From contig CBDUJZ010000001.1 of NCBI GenBank assembly GCA_965367675.1, positions 20,856 to 84,855 on the forward strand: 64,000 nt of DNA. Reading direction: 5' to 3'. Below are positions 9,053-18,566 of the stretch, in pieces; the first letter of the stretch is position 1, and each line of letters opens with the position of its first letter. The notes below the pieces were generated by a model that was not told the DNA's origin, ran no database searches, and was given only the letters and a program-made list of their open reading frames with translations. A program made the position numbers and the translations under genes. The DNA comes from an uncultured Myxococcales bacterium. Its GTDB lineage: Bacteria > Myxococcota_A > Bradymonadia > REDH01.

Positions 9053-9282
9053 GTCGCACATCGCAGAAATATTTTGACGCAATGGGTCATTTCGGGGCCG
9101 AAACGGGGTTCTGAACACCCAATCCGGCCGTTTGATGCCGCTAGACGCCCGTTTGTGATCCTATGGGTACGGCCACCCCGTGGCGATAACTGGACGGATC
9201 TGCACGCTCTTGAGGGCCACCCCGTCGCGCGCGACACGCTCGGTTTGTCGAATGATTTCGATGGTTTACGAGCGTGTGTGGG

Positions 9283-9327
9283 CAAAAACGACGACCGCCG
9301 ACGTGGTAAGCGCCGGCGGTCGTTGTT
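9283..9327 (-). terminator. Rho-independent terminator after the TolB-like gene
   Basis: A stem formed by 9287..9300 and 9314..9327 (9 perfect bp CGACCGCCG/CGGCGGTCG plus an extension with one mismatch). On the minus strand it is followed by GTTTTTGCC (A-run 9284..9288 on plus). Confidence 0.55.
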
Positions 9328-9353
9328 GGGGGCTCGCCGTGCGAGCGATGCCG

Positions 9354-10718
9354 CTAGTCCTCGGGCGGGTAGGGCAATGTATCCGATTCGATCGGACCGA
9401 CAGAAATCGACCGCTCGGTGAGCTCCTGCCCAGAAAGATCGCCGTCATCGCGCACTACGGAGGTCCGGGTCAGGGTGGCGATGTCATAGGTGACGATATC
9501 GCGGGTGTCGCCGACGTCTTCTACAGCAGCGACCCAAGTACCATCCGGGGACATTGCCGGGTTACGCGTGCTCGGCTGTCCCATGGCTTCGAACGCGCCG
9601 TTCTCGAGCGTGTAGCGAACCATCTCGACGGCCGTGGTCGAGATGGTGCGGTTGAAGATGACGTACTTCTCGTCCCACGTCACTTGGGGCGAGCCGACGA
9701 TGCCCATGCCGAAGGTGATCTGCTCGGTGCTGTTGTCGGAGAAGTCGTAGCGGTACAGGTCGAGTTCGAGGAGCGCGACTTCTCCACCTTCTACGAACGT
9801 GCTCTCGTTCGACTGGTAGTAGAGCGTGTTGGGCTGGACCCAGAACGGGGTGGCTTCAGACCACGCCGTGTCGGTGACTTGCTGGCGCTCTCCAGACTCG
9901 ACGTTGACGATGAACAGGTCGTTGGTGCCGGAGTCGCCGATGCGACCTTCCATCGCCAGGCGCGTGCCGTCCGGCGACCACGTGAGGCCGGAGAAGCTGT
10001 TGAGCTCGGGGTCAACGGTGACGATGCGTCCCGTGGCGAGGTCGAAGATACGGATGACGCGGCCGCTGGCGGTCACAACCGCGAAGGCGAGGCGTTGGCC
10101 GTCGGGGGACCAGCTGGGGTCGAAGTAGATGAGGTCGCCGGTGTCGATCTGCTGACGCCCCGAGCCGTCTGCGCGAACGATGTAGAGCTGGTCGATGCCG
10201 TCGGGCAGCGCGATGAACGCGAGCCACGGGTTGTTGACGACGTTGGGCGCGACGACGTCGGGCGTGGTGTCGATGTCGGGCGAGACCTCGACGGTGTCGG
10301 GCTCGTCGATGGTGACGTCGGCGATGTCTTCCACCACGTCGGCGTCGGACACGGCGTCGACGCCTGTCTCTTCCGGCGGTACGTCGGGGGTTACTTCTTC
10401 AGGCACCACGTCAGGCGCGGTGTCCTCGGTGGTCGTGTCCGAAGTGTCCGTCACGTCGATGACGCCGGTGTCTCCGCTGAGTTCCACACACACACCGAGG
10501 GCGTTGCAGGACTCTTGGAAGGTGAAGCCGCCCGGGCAGTCCGCGGTGACTTCGCACTCACAGCCGGCTCCGACTTCGTTGCAGCCGGGCTCTGGCTTGT
10601 CGGTGCCACAGCCGAGTAGCGAGATGCTACAGACGCTGAAGACCAACGAGGAGGCGGTTGCTGCAAGCCTAGGCAAGCGGCCCGCCGATGCGGAGTAAAA
10701 CTTGGACTCGTTCTTCAT
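9354..10718 (-). CDS. TolB-like PD40/WD40 beta-propeller lipoprotein
   Basis: Signal and lipobox (SLVFSVCSISLLGCG), a short Cys-rich module and an acidic linker. Repeated PD40 signatures follow: PSWSPDGQRLAF, LTWSPDGTRLAM, PAMSPDGTWVAAV. Confidence 0.8.
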   Translation of the reverse strand: MKNESKFYSASAGRLPRLAATASSLVFSVCSISLLGCGTDKPEPGCNEVGAGCECEVTADCPGGFTFQESCNALGVCVELSGDTGVIDVTDTSDTTTEDTAPDVVPEEVTPDVPPEETGVDAVSDADVVEDIADVTIDEPDTVEVSPDIDTTPDVVAPNVVNNPWLAFIALPDGIDQLYIVRADGSGRQQIDTGDLIYFDPSWSPDGQRLAFAVVTASGRVIRIFDLATGRIVTVDPELNSFSGLTWSPDGTRLAMEGRIGDSGTNDLFIVNVESGERQQVTDTAWSEATPFWVQPNTLYYQSNESTFVEGGEVALLELDLYRYDFSDNSTEQITFGMGIVGSPQVTWDEKYVIFNRTISTTAVEMVRYTLENGAFEAMGQPSTRNPAMSPDGTWVAAVEDVGDTRDIVTYDIATLTRTSVVRDDGDLSGQELTERSISVGPIESDTLPYPPED

Positions 10719-10805
10719 GGCGACACTCAGTGGGGGTAGACACTCGGGTGCCCACCATAGCCCGACCTCGAAAGGCGTGCCAGTGTCGCGAACAAGTTTG
10801 TGTTT

Positions 10806-11540
10806 CTAGCGGCGGCGGCTGCGGCCACCGTCACGGGGACGGCGGTCGTTGCTGCGCCCGTCTCGGCCACCGCTGCTCTCGGAGCGCGGGCTGCGGTGGT
10901 TACCGCTGGCGGAGGTTCGGTTGACTTGTACGGCCCAGAAGTCACCGCTTTTGATGGCTTCGATGAGGGCGTCTTGGGACTTCACTTCGCTGGCGAAGAG
11001 CGTCAGCCAGGAGCCGTCTCCACTGCCGTTCTTGCAGGCCGATCCGCCGAACGCCGACATCACGCTCTTTCCGACGGCCTCGAGGGCCACGCGGTTGGAG
11101 CGGGGTTCGGCGTCGTTCGATCCGACCTGCACGCCGTCCACCTTGGAGGAGGCGAACATGCGGTCGCGGGGCGAGAGGCGTCGGTTGCGGTCGTAGGGGT
11201 GGGCGAGCAGGACGGCGCCGCCACGCTCACGGGTCCAAGCGACGACGTCGCTCAACTCGGGGCGCTCAAGGGTGAGCAGCTCGCGCCACTCTTCACGGGT
11301 GAGCACCGGGTCGAGGTCCTTGACGAACACGAGCGCGTCGCCGGATCGCGTGCCGATCTCAACGCCAACCAGAACGGGGAAATCGAAGGCTCCGCTCGCG
11401 ACGGCGCGTGCGGTGGCAGCGGAAGCCTCGCGGTCCACGACGCAGACAGCGTCGAGTCCCTTGGCTTGCGCGTCGGCAACGAGTTCGGAAAGTTCTTGGC
11501 CACCGGTGAGGTCGGTGTATGCGTGCAGATCGACGAGCAT
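10806..11540 (-). CDS. PHP-domain-like protein with Arg/Ser/Gly-rich basic tail
   Basis: N-terminus MLVDLHAYTD resembles the PHP DLHxHT motif, but the second His is Tyr. A later LLAHPYD motif is present. The C-terminal ~40 aa are RS/RG-rich (SPRSESSGGRDGRSNDRRPRDGGRSRRR). Confidence 0.55.
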   Translation of the reverse strand: MLVDLHAYTDLTGGQELSELVADAQAKGLDAVCVVDREASAATARAVASGAFDFPVLVGVEIGTRSGDALVFVKDLDPVLTREEWRELLTLERPELSDVVAWTRERGGAVLLAHPYDRNRRLSPRDRMFASSKVDGVQVGSNDAEPRSNRVALEAVGKSVMSAFGGSACKNGSGDGSWLTLFASEVKSQDALIEAIKSGDFWAVQVNRTSASGNHRSPRSESSGGRDGRSNDRRPRDGGRSRRR

Positions 11541-11649
11541 TCGCGGGTGTCCTACTTAAGGGTGCGGCGGGCGTTAACACGGGAGATTCTTCGTGTAAAC
11601 GCGTCGTTTCGCGGGGTTACGGCTCTTGGCCGTAGCGGTTGCGGCAGCG

Positions 11650-12921
11650 CTACCAGGCGGGGAACGAGCAGCAGCCTTCGTCGATGTGACGTTGGAAGTC
11701 CTCCCTGAACTTGGTCAGGTAGCCCCGAATGGGCATCGCGATGGCGTCACCGAGCGGGCAGATGGTGTTGCCTTCGATGTTGTTGCAGATCTCAAGGAGC
11801 AGATCGAGGTCGTCCTGCTTTCCGTTTCCTGCTTCGATCTCGTCGAGGATCTTGGCGACCCAGCCGGTGCCTTCGCGGCAGGGGGTGCACTGTCCACACG
11901 ACTCGTGGTGGTAGAAGTGCGCGGTGCGCGCGGCCATACGGACGAGGCAGACGTCGTCGGGGATGACGATGACGCCGCCTGTTCCGAACATGGTTCCGGC
12001 GGCGCGCATTTGGTCGAAGTCCATTCCGACATCGATCTCGTCAGCGCGCAGCGGGGGGCAGGACGAGCCGCCGGGCACGATGGCCTTGAGCGTCTTGCCG
12101 TCGCGCATGCCGCCGCCGTACTCCTCACTGAAGATGAAGTCTCGGAGGGGGATGCCGCTGGGGGCTTCGTAGCAGCCGGGGTTCTTCACCCAGCCGGAGA
12201 TCTGCACGAGCTTGGGGCCACCGTTCTTCTCGCTACCGGCGGCGGCGAACCAGTCGGCGCCGCGGTCGATGATGGTGGGCAAGCAGGCGATGGTCTCGAC
12301 GTTATTGACAACCGTGGGGCAGCTGAACACGCCGACGACGGCCGGGAAGGGCGGCTTGAGTCGGGGCTGACCGGCCTTTCCTTCGAGGGACTCGATCATC
12401 GCGGTCTCTTCGCCGCAGATGTACGCGCCGGCTCCGCGGTGCACGTAGATGTCGTGCTGCAGGCCGGTGCCGAGGATGTTCTCGCCGAGCAGGCCACGGG
12501 CGTAGAGCTCATCGATGGCGGCGTCGAGCCGCTCGGCGCCGAGCTTCATCTCGCCGCGGATGTAGATGTAGGTGGCGCGGAGGTTCAGCGTGTGGGCTGC
12601 GATGATGCAGCCTTCGAGGAGGCGGTGGGGATCCTCCTCCATGATGAACCGGTCCTTGAACGTTCCGGGCTCGCCCTCGTCCGCGTTGATGGCGAGGTAC
12701 TTGGGGACGTCGGACTCTTTGGGGAGGAAGCCCCACTTGATCCCGGTGGGGAATCCAGCGCCGCCGCGTCCACGGAGGTTGGAGCGCTTGACCTCATCGA
12801 TGATCGTGTCGCTGTCCATTCCGAGCGCTTTCTTGAGCGCTTTCAGGCCGCCCTGCGCCTCGTAGACCGCGAGGGTGTGCGAGTTGTCGAGGGCCCAGTT
12901 GGCAGAGAGAATCGGTTCCAT
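11650..12921 (-). CDS. nuoF: NADH-quinone oxidoreductase subunit F (51-kDa flavoprotein)
   Basis: GRGGAGFPTGIKWGF, the GEPGTFKDR region, and the ESCGQCTPCREGT 4Fe-4S motif. Length is 423 aa. Confidence 0.95.
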   Translation of the reverse strand: MEPILSANWALDNSHTLAVYEAQGGLKALKKALGMDSDTIIDEVKRSNLRGRGGAGFPTGIKWGFLPKESDVPKYLAINADEGEPGTFKDRFIMEEDPHRLLEGCIIAAHTLNLRATYIYIRGEMKLGAERLDAAIDELYARGLLGENILGTGLQHDIYVHRGAGAYICGEETAMIESLEGKAGQPRLKPPFPAVVGVFSCPTVVNNVETIACLPTIIDRGADWFAAAGSEKNGGPKLVQISGWVKNPGCYEAPSGIPLRDFIFSEEYGGGMRDGKTLKAIVPGGSSCPPLRADEIDVGMDFDQMRAAGTMFGTGGVIVIPDDVCLVRMAARTAHFYHHESCGQCTPCREGTGWVAKILDEIEAGNGKQDDLDLLLEICNNIEGNTICPLGDAIAMPIRGYLTKFREDFQRHIDEGCCSFPAW

Positions 12922-12979
12922 GTGGAATCGGTGTCGATGGGGGTCGCGTTGACCGCAGAACTAAGATCGAAGGAGAGGC

Positions 12980-13504
12980 CTAGGAGAGCGAGTCGAGCAG
13001 AGCGTCGATCGCTTCGGGCGTCAGGAACTCGTGGTACTCGCTGTTGACCTGCAGGAGCGGTGCGCGTCCGCAGGCGGCGAGGCACTCGGCTTCGGCGAAG
13101 CTGAACTTGCCGTCCGGGGTGACTTCGCCGGGGCCGACGCCGAGGCGTGCCTGGAGTTGTCGCATCACATCGTAGGCGCCCATCATGCAGCAGGGCACGG
13201 AGGTGCAGACCTCGATGTGGAACTGCCCGTGGGGTCGCTTGAAGAACATCGTGTAGAACGTCGCGACCTGTAGCACCTTGGAGGGCGGCAGGCTGAGGCG
13301 TTCGGCGACGTACTCCATGGCCTCGACGGACAGGTACGCGAACTCTTGCTGCGCGAGGTGCAGGACGGGGAGCAGGGAAGCGCGTGCGTTGGGGTACTTG
13401 GCCACGATCTTCTGGAAAGCCGCTTCTGCGTTCGAATCGAACACGATGGCTTTGGAGTTAGACGGGGCGCTGGACGCGCTGTGACTGGTGGCTTCTGCAG
13501 TCAT
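12980..13504 (-). CDS. nuoE: NADH-quinone oxidoreductase subunit E (24-kDa 2Fe-2S)
   Basis: Motifs HIEVCTSVPCCMMG and AECLAACGRAPLLQVN. The start is ambiguous: TTG 13513 or ATG 13504. Confidence 0.88.
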   Translation of the reverse strand: MTAEATSHSASSAPSNSKAIVFDSNAEAAFQKIVAKYPNARASLLPVLHLAQQEFAYLSVEAMEYVAERLSLPPSKVLQVATFYTMFFKRPHGQFHIEVCTSVPCCMMGAYDVMRQLQARLGVGPGEVTPDGKFSFAEAECLAACGRAPLLQVNSEYHEFLTPEAIDALLDSLS

Positions 13505-13696
13505 GCTCCTCAATGGGGCAGTTCAGGGGGGCCGGTAGGGCGGGCGCTACGACAGCGGGCGGCAACCTAGGAGGCTGCGCGCACGCGGTCAAGCACGGGT
13601 TCGGGGCGAGCGCAACGGGCTTTGTCTGGCGTGGTTCTGCTCGTCGTGGTTCTGCTCATGTTCGGATCGGCGGGCGCAGATCGGACAGTTCGTGCG

Positions 13697-14899
13697 TCAG
13701 AAGTCTTGTTGCCACATGACGGCGCCGCCGCCGCGCAGGGGTGCGAAGGAGACGTCGCGTCGGGGCGCGGAGGCTGCGGCGTTGTTGCTGGGTCCGCGCG
13801 TTGCGCCGACGAGGAGGCCGATTCCGGTGCCGATTCCGATTCCGCCGAGGGCGGTGAGGGCGATGCCGCCGGGGGTGAACTCCCAGACGTCTTCGCAGAG
13901 GTCGGGTGTACCGGTGCTGCAGGTGGTGTTGCCGTCCATCATGAGGAGGACGACGCCGCCGGCGGTGGCGAGGATGCCGGTGCCGAGCATGACGCCGCCG
14001 ACGGCGCGGCGGTTGAAGGACTCTTCCGACGTCGCGCGGGGGGCGCGGACGGCGGCGTTGGCGCGGGCGGTGGGTTGCATGACGACGCGGAGGAAGATCG
14101 GGCCGGCCATCTGCGCGGTGAGCGAGACGTCTTCGGTGTAGGTTTCGTAGCCGTCTCCCTGCACGGTGACGACGAGCGATTGGGGCGCGAGATCGACGGA
14201 GGCGCTGCCGTTTCCGACGGTTTCACCGTTGATGGTGATCTCGGCGGACTCGGGCAGCACGGAGATATGGAAGGCGATGTCACCGGCGACGAACGCGGGG
14301 CCTACCGGCTCGGGCTCGGGCTCGGGGTCGACGGGCTGTGCATCCGGTACGGAGCCGATCGCGGTCTCGGGCTCGAGTTCGGGCTCGATGGCTGCGAGGG
14401 GATCTTCGGGCGCCGGCGCGTTTCCGCGGGTGGGTTCCGGGAGTGGGCTGGCGGCCTGGACGGCTTCGAAGGCTGTGTTCTCGAGGGCGTCGACGGCCTC
14501 GGTGGCAGCGCAGAAGGTACAGTCGCCGGTTTGGGTGGCGAGCGTGGTGCCGGTGTTGGGATCGAGGACGCGGACGGTGAAGTCGTAGATCTGCGCTTCG
14601 GCGTAGATCTCTGCGATCACGACGGCCGCGGTGGGGACTGTGAGTCCGATGGCGATGACGCAGTCTCCACCGCGGCAGGCGGCGAGATCTTCGCCGATGG
14701 CGTCGCGTGCGTCTTGCGCGGTGAGCGCTTCGCCTGGGACGGCACGTTCGACACCTTGGTCGATCGCATCGAGCAGTGCGGCTCGATCTTCTTCGAGGAG
14801 TTCTCCGCCGAAGTCGGTGTCGAGCACGACGACCTGAGCGCTGGCGGGTACCGCGAGCGCGAGTGTGGCGGCGAAGAGGAGGAGTTTGAGCTTGGCCAT
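13697..14899 (-). CDS. PEGA-domain membrane-anchored protein
   Basis: Track ORF trimmed to ATG 14899 (MAKLKLLLFAATLALAVPASAQ signal). PEGA-like segment: HISVLPESAEITINGETVGNG..VVTVQGDGYETY. Two C-terminal hydrophobic segments. Confidence 0.7.
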   Translation of the reverse strand: MAKLKLLLFAATLALAVPASAQVVVLDTDFGGELLEEDRAALLDAIDQGVERAVPGEALTAQDARDAIGEDLAACRGGDCVIAIGLTVPTAAVVIAEIYAEAQIYDFTVRVLDPNTGTTLATQTGDCTFCAATEAVDALENTAFEAVQAASPLPEPTRGNAPAPEDPLAAIEPELEPETAIGSVPDAQPVDPEPEPEPVGPAFVAGDIAFHISVLPESAEITINGETVGNGSASVDLAPQSLVVTVQGDGYETYTEDVSLTAQMAGPIFLRVVMQPTARANAAVRAPRATSEESFNRRAVGGVMLGTGILATAGGVVLLMMDGNTTCSTGTPDLCEDVWEFTPGGIALTALGGIGIGTGIGLLVGATRGPSNNAAASAPRRDVSFAPLRGGGAVMWQQDF

Positions 14900-15129
14900 G
14901 CAGCGATAGAGGGCTGGCGAGGGGGCAGCGTCCGAGGGCGCACTGCGCACGATGGGGCAGTGTAGTCTAGCGGAGGAGCGGGTCACAAGCGTGGCGCGAG
15001 AGGTGTGCGGAAACCTACATTGGCCGCACGTTCGCGGCTGAACAAAGGCCGTGCTCGAACTTGATCTCCTTGCGAAACCCGCGATAGTTTGGAGGAGTGC
15101 GACCTGAACTTCGAAACGAAGGAACGAAG

Positions 15130-17637
15130 ATGCGACGAATGAACTCCCTCTTTTTTGCGGCGCTGTTGTGTGCCTCCGTCGGACTGTTGTCCGGTTGTGG
15201 TACGGACGACGCGTCGTCTTATACGCTGGCGATCGTTCCGAGCAGCTTGGCGTTGACGTCGGACGGTTCGGACGCGTCGACGATTCGCGTGACCATTTTG
15301 GATCAGCGCGGCAACCCGCCGGCGGTGGGTTCGACGGTTGCGTTGACGGTGCTGAACGGCTCGGTGAACAACGTGGCGCCAGAGGCGATTGTGGATGCGG
15401 GCGGGACCACGACGTTGGTTTCGGCGGCGACGGCGCTGACGGACCCGGCGGGTACGGCGCAGTTCCGCGTGTCGTGCGTGGGTACGGAGGCGATGAGCTT
15501 CCGAGCGAGCTTTGATGGGGAGCGCGAGACCGGTCGCTCGATCACTTGCAACCCGGCGCCGAGCGGCGACTGGCAGTTGTCGATGGTCGCGAACCCGCGG
15601 TCGGTGGCACCGGGCGGCGCGGTGGCGCTCGAGGTGACGGCGACGCAGGGCAACGGCGAACCGGCGCCCACGGGCACGGCGATTACCTTTACGATTCAGG
15701 ACCCGAACCCGGGCGCTGTGTTCCGCACCGGCGCGGGCACGGTTCAGGCTGTGACGATCGGCGACGACTCGGGCACGTTGACCAACGTGGTGGTGGCGCC
15801 GTCTACGGCGGAGAACTTCACGGTGTGTGCGAGCTTCGTCGACAGCCGCTTGGGCACGGGTAACCCGTGTACGACGGTTCGCGTGGGCGCCACGCAGGTG
15901 ACCGGCGCGGCGTGCTTCGGCGTGTATTCGCCGAGCAAGCTTCCGGCGGACGGCGAGTCGACGTCGGTGTTGAGCTTCTCGGTTTACAATGAGGCGGGAA
16001 CGCCGGCTGCGGACGCCCTGGTGGCGGCGGAGATCTTTACGGGTCAGTTCTTGCGCAACCCGGACGACGCGAACAGCGGCGTTGGCACGATCGCGTTGGA
16101 GACGGAAGCGACCGGTCTGGCGGAGGTCACTGTGTTGGCGCCGAGCGAGACCGGTTCGGCGAGCGTGATCGCGACGGCGACGATTCCTGGCATGGACGAG
16201 CCGCTGATCTGCGACTTCTCTGACGAGCTCATCTTTGCGCCGCCGCCAACGTGTCAGTTCGACCCGGTGGCGGTCGTCGCGCTCAACCAAACGGCTCCGC
16301 TGCGCGTCTGCTTCGACGACGTGGGTGTGCCGGTGAGTTCGGGCCTGCGCGTTGACTTCGAGCTGACCGCTTCGGTGACCGGCGCGACGTTGATCGCGAC
16401 CACCGCGTACACGGGTACCGATGGCTGCGCTGTCACCTCGCTGGTTGCCGGCTCGTCGCCCGGCGCTGTGACGATTGAGGCGGAGATGCCGTTCGGTCGT
16501 CGCGGCGCGACGTGCAACTCGAGCCCGGTGCTTCAGGCCGGCGGTTCCGGCTCGGCGACGCAGATGGTCGTCGCGTGTGAAAACAAGAACTTGGGCGTGC
16601 TGTTGCACGCGAACGGCGACGACACGTACTCCACGTGCCCGACGACCTGCACGGCGAACGTGCTCGACAACTTCAACAACCCGGTGGTCGGCCAAGCGGT
16701 CTACTTCACGTCTGAGGTCGGTACGATCGTGGCGAGCGCGGTGACGAACGAGCGCGGCATCGCTGCTGTAGAGTTCACCGGCCGCGGTTCGCGTCCGCGC
16801 GACGTCGTTGAGTTCGGCGACATGGGTGAGATCGTCACGGAGACGCCTGAGGGCCGACGCCTGAACATGCGTGACTCGCTGGTCACCATCGTGGCGAGCA
16901 CCGCGGGCGCCGAAGAGTTCAACGACGACAACGGCAACGGTCGCTACGACGAGGGCGAGTTCTTCATCGACCTGAGCGAGCCCTTCGTGGACTCCGACGA
17001 GTCGAACAACTTCGAGCCCGGCTCGGCTTACGAGACCTTCACGGACGTGGCGACCGCCGAGCGTCCGCTCAACGGTACGTTCGACGGCCCGAACGGCCTG
17101 TGGGACAGCCAAACGCAGATCTGGGGCGCAACCCACATCCTGTACTCGGGCCCGTCCGTCGCGCCGTTCCTGTACCGCGCCAACGGTACGACCGTAATTC
17201 CGTTGACCGGCACGCCGAGCGTCGCCGCGGACACGCAGATCTTCGTGCGCCCGCGTGACGAGTACGGCAACCCGCCGTCGAACGGCACCGTGTCGATCAC
17301 GTTCGACAACAAGCAAGACGACCCGAACCAGTGCTCGGACCTGTACTCGGCCTACGAGGCGTTCGGTTACGACACGTACGGTGAGTTCTCGGTGCGTCGC
17401 GAGCTTCAGTTCTTCTCCGGCGGCCGCGAAGTGTCGGCTGAGACGGCGGACGTGGACTTCGCGCGCTACCGCACGGAGCTGACGTTCGGGCTCGGCGGCG
17501 GCCTCGAGCTCGGTGTTGCTGCTGCGCAGCCGGGCGACTGTCGCGCGCAGTTCTCTTGGACGGAGACCGCGTCGGCATCCTGTGGCGATAGCGGCGGCGT
17601 TGACCGCAGCACGCTCGGTCGATGGAGCGTTCGGTAG
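15130..17637 (+). CDS. Large lipoprotein with bacterial Ig-like (Big_1/invasin-type) repeats
   Basis: ATG 15130 follows AAGGAACGAAG. Lipobox ASVGLLSGCG. Reiterated segments of the type ASTIRVTILDQRGNPPAVGSTVALTV, ALEVTATQGNGEPAPTGTAITFTIQD and TSVLSFSVYNEAGTPAADALV. Confidence 0.75.
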   Translation: MRRMNSLFFAALLCASVGLLSGCGTDDASSYTLAIVPSSLALTSDGSDASTIRVTILDQRGNPPAVGSTVALTVLNGSVNNVAPEAIVDAGGTTTLVSAATALTDPAGTAQFRVSCVGTEAMSFRASFDGERETGRSITCNPAPSGDWQLSMVANPRSVAPGGAVALEVTATQGNGEPAPTGTAITFTIQDPNPGAVFRTGAGTVQAVTIGDDSGTLTNVVVAPSTAENFTVCASFVDSRLGTGNPCTTVRVGATQVTGAACFGVYSPSKLPADGESTSVLSFSVYNEAGTPAADALVAAEIFTGQFLRNPDDANSGVGTIALETEATGLAEVTVLAPSETGSASVIATATIPGMDEPLICDFSDELIFAPPPTCQFDPVAVVALNQTAPLRVCFDDVGVPVSSGLRVDFELTASVTGATLIATTAYTGTDGCAVTSLVAGSSPGAVTIEAEMPFGRRGATCNSSPVLQAGGSGSATQMVVACENKNLGVLLHANGDDTYSTCPTTCTANVLDNFNNPVVGQAVYFTSEVGTIVASAVTNERGIAAVEFTGRGSRPRDVVEFGDMGEIVTETPEGRRLNMRDSLVTIVASTAGAEEFNDDNGNGRYDEGEFFIDLSEPFVDSDESNNFEPGSAYETFTDVATAERPLNGTFDGPNGLWDSQTQIWGATHILYSGPSVAPFLYRANGTTVIPLTGTPSVAADTQIFVRPRDEYGNPPSNGTVSITFDNKQDDPNQCSDLYSAYEAFGYDTYGEFSVRRELQFFSGGREVSAETADVDFARYRTELTFGLGGGLELGVAAAQPGDCRAQFSWTETASASCGDSGGVDRSTLGRWSVR

Positions 17638-17644
17638 TCAGGCA

Positions 17645-18472
17645 TTGCGTACGTTGATTGATTCAGCCGCCCCGATCGGAGTCTTTGATTCCGGCGTGGG
17701 CGGTTTGACCGTTTTGCGGTCCCTGCGCGCTGCGTTCCCTTTGGAGCGGTTTGTGTACTTGGGCGACACCGCGCGGGTTCCTTACGGCACAAAGTCGCCG
17801 GAGACGGTGGCGGTGTACTCGGAGAACGTCGCCGGTTTGTTGGCGTCTCGCGGGTGCAAGGCGCTAGTGATCGCCTGCAACACCGCCTCGGCGTTCGGGC
17901 TGCAGGCGGTGCGAGACACGTTCGCAGGCCCGGTGATCGATGTGATCGCGCCGGTGGCCGCGGCTGTGGCGGCCGCGGGGCGCCGACGTGTGGGCGTGCT
18001 GGGAACGCGGGGGACAGTGGCCAGCGCGGCGTACCCGAACGCGCTCCAGGCGCACGCGCCGGATGTGTACGTGGCGCAGCGGGCGTGTCCGCTCCTGGTT
18101 CCGCTGGCGGAGGAGGGGTGGACGGACGGCGAGGTTCCTCGGTTGGTGCTCGACCGCTACTTGGCGGAGCTGCTGGCGACGGAGCGGCTGGACGCGTTGA
18201 TCCTGGGGTGCACGCACTATCCGCTGCTGCGCCCGGAGATCGAGGCGGCGATCGAGCGTCACAGTCCGACGCCGGTTGCGGTCTACGAGTCGGGCGTCGC
18301 GACGGCGGAGCAGCTGCGGCGTGCGCTGGCGGAGGCGTCGCTGGAGGCACCGCAGGGTAGCGTGGGCGATGTGCGGTACTTGGTGAGCGATGACCCGTCG
18401 GGATTTGAGCGCGTGAGCGAGCGCTTCCTGGGGGTTTCGGCGCATGCTGTGGAGCACGTGCACGTCCGCTGA
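17645..18472 (+). CDS. murI: Glutamate racemase
   Basis: IGVFDSGVGGLTV, VIACNTAS, LGCTHYPLL. No in-frame ATG lies between the upstream stop (17637) and the first motif, so the start is TTG 17645 or TTG 17654. Confidence 0.9.
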   Translation: MRTLIDSAAPIGVFDSGVGGLTVLRSLRAAFPLERFVYLGDTARVPYGTKSPETVAVYSENVAGLLASRGCKALVIACNTASAFGLQAVRDTFAGPVIDVIAPVAAAVAAAGRRRVGVLGTRGTVASAAYPNALQAHAPDVYVAQRACPLLVPLAEEGWTDGEVPRLVLDRYLAELLATERLDALILGCTHYPLLRPEIEAAIERHSPTPVAVYESGVATAEQLRRALAEASLEAPQGSVGDVRYLVSDDPSGFERVSERFLGVSAHAVEHVHVR

Positions 18473-18566
18473 CGTTCGCTGGCGTCGCAGATGATTCGAA
18501 TGCGTGGTACGAGAGAGGAGCGCTACGCGAGTCGCGAGCGCGTGACGGCTCAGCCCGGAGGACGCG

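Noticed and set aside
9180-14965. Plus-strand ORFs 9180..10619, 11626..13047 and 13622..14965 opposite the TolB-like, nuoF and PEGA genes
   Set aside because: They have Gly/Ala/Asp/Val-rich antisense composition. The opposite strand carries PD40 repeats, NuoF Fe-S/FMN motifs, and a signal peptide plus PEGA motif.
14983-17316. 777-aa minus-strand ORF antisense to the Big-repeat lipoprotein gene; similar cases at 17466..19349, 19398..20975, 22892..25591, 29814..31319, 31784..33133, 35494..36837, 36992..38507, 49304..50413, 51070..52125 and 54053..55986
   Set aside because: They are extremely Arg/His/Pro-rich. They span several unrelated, well-recognised genes on the other strand (murI, prfC, fbaB, rnr, sugar transferase and others). 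They have no motifs.
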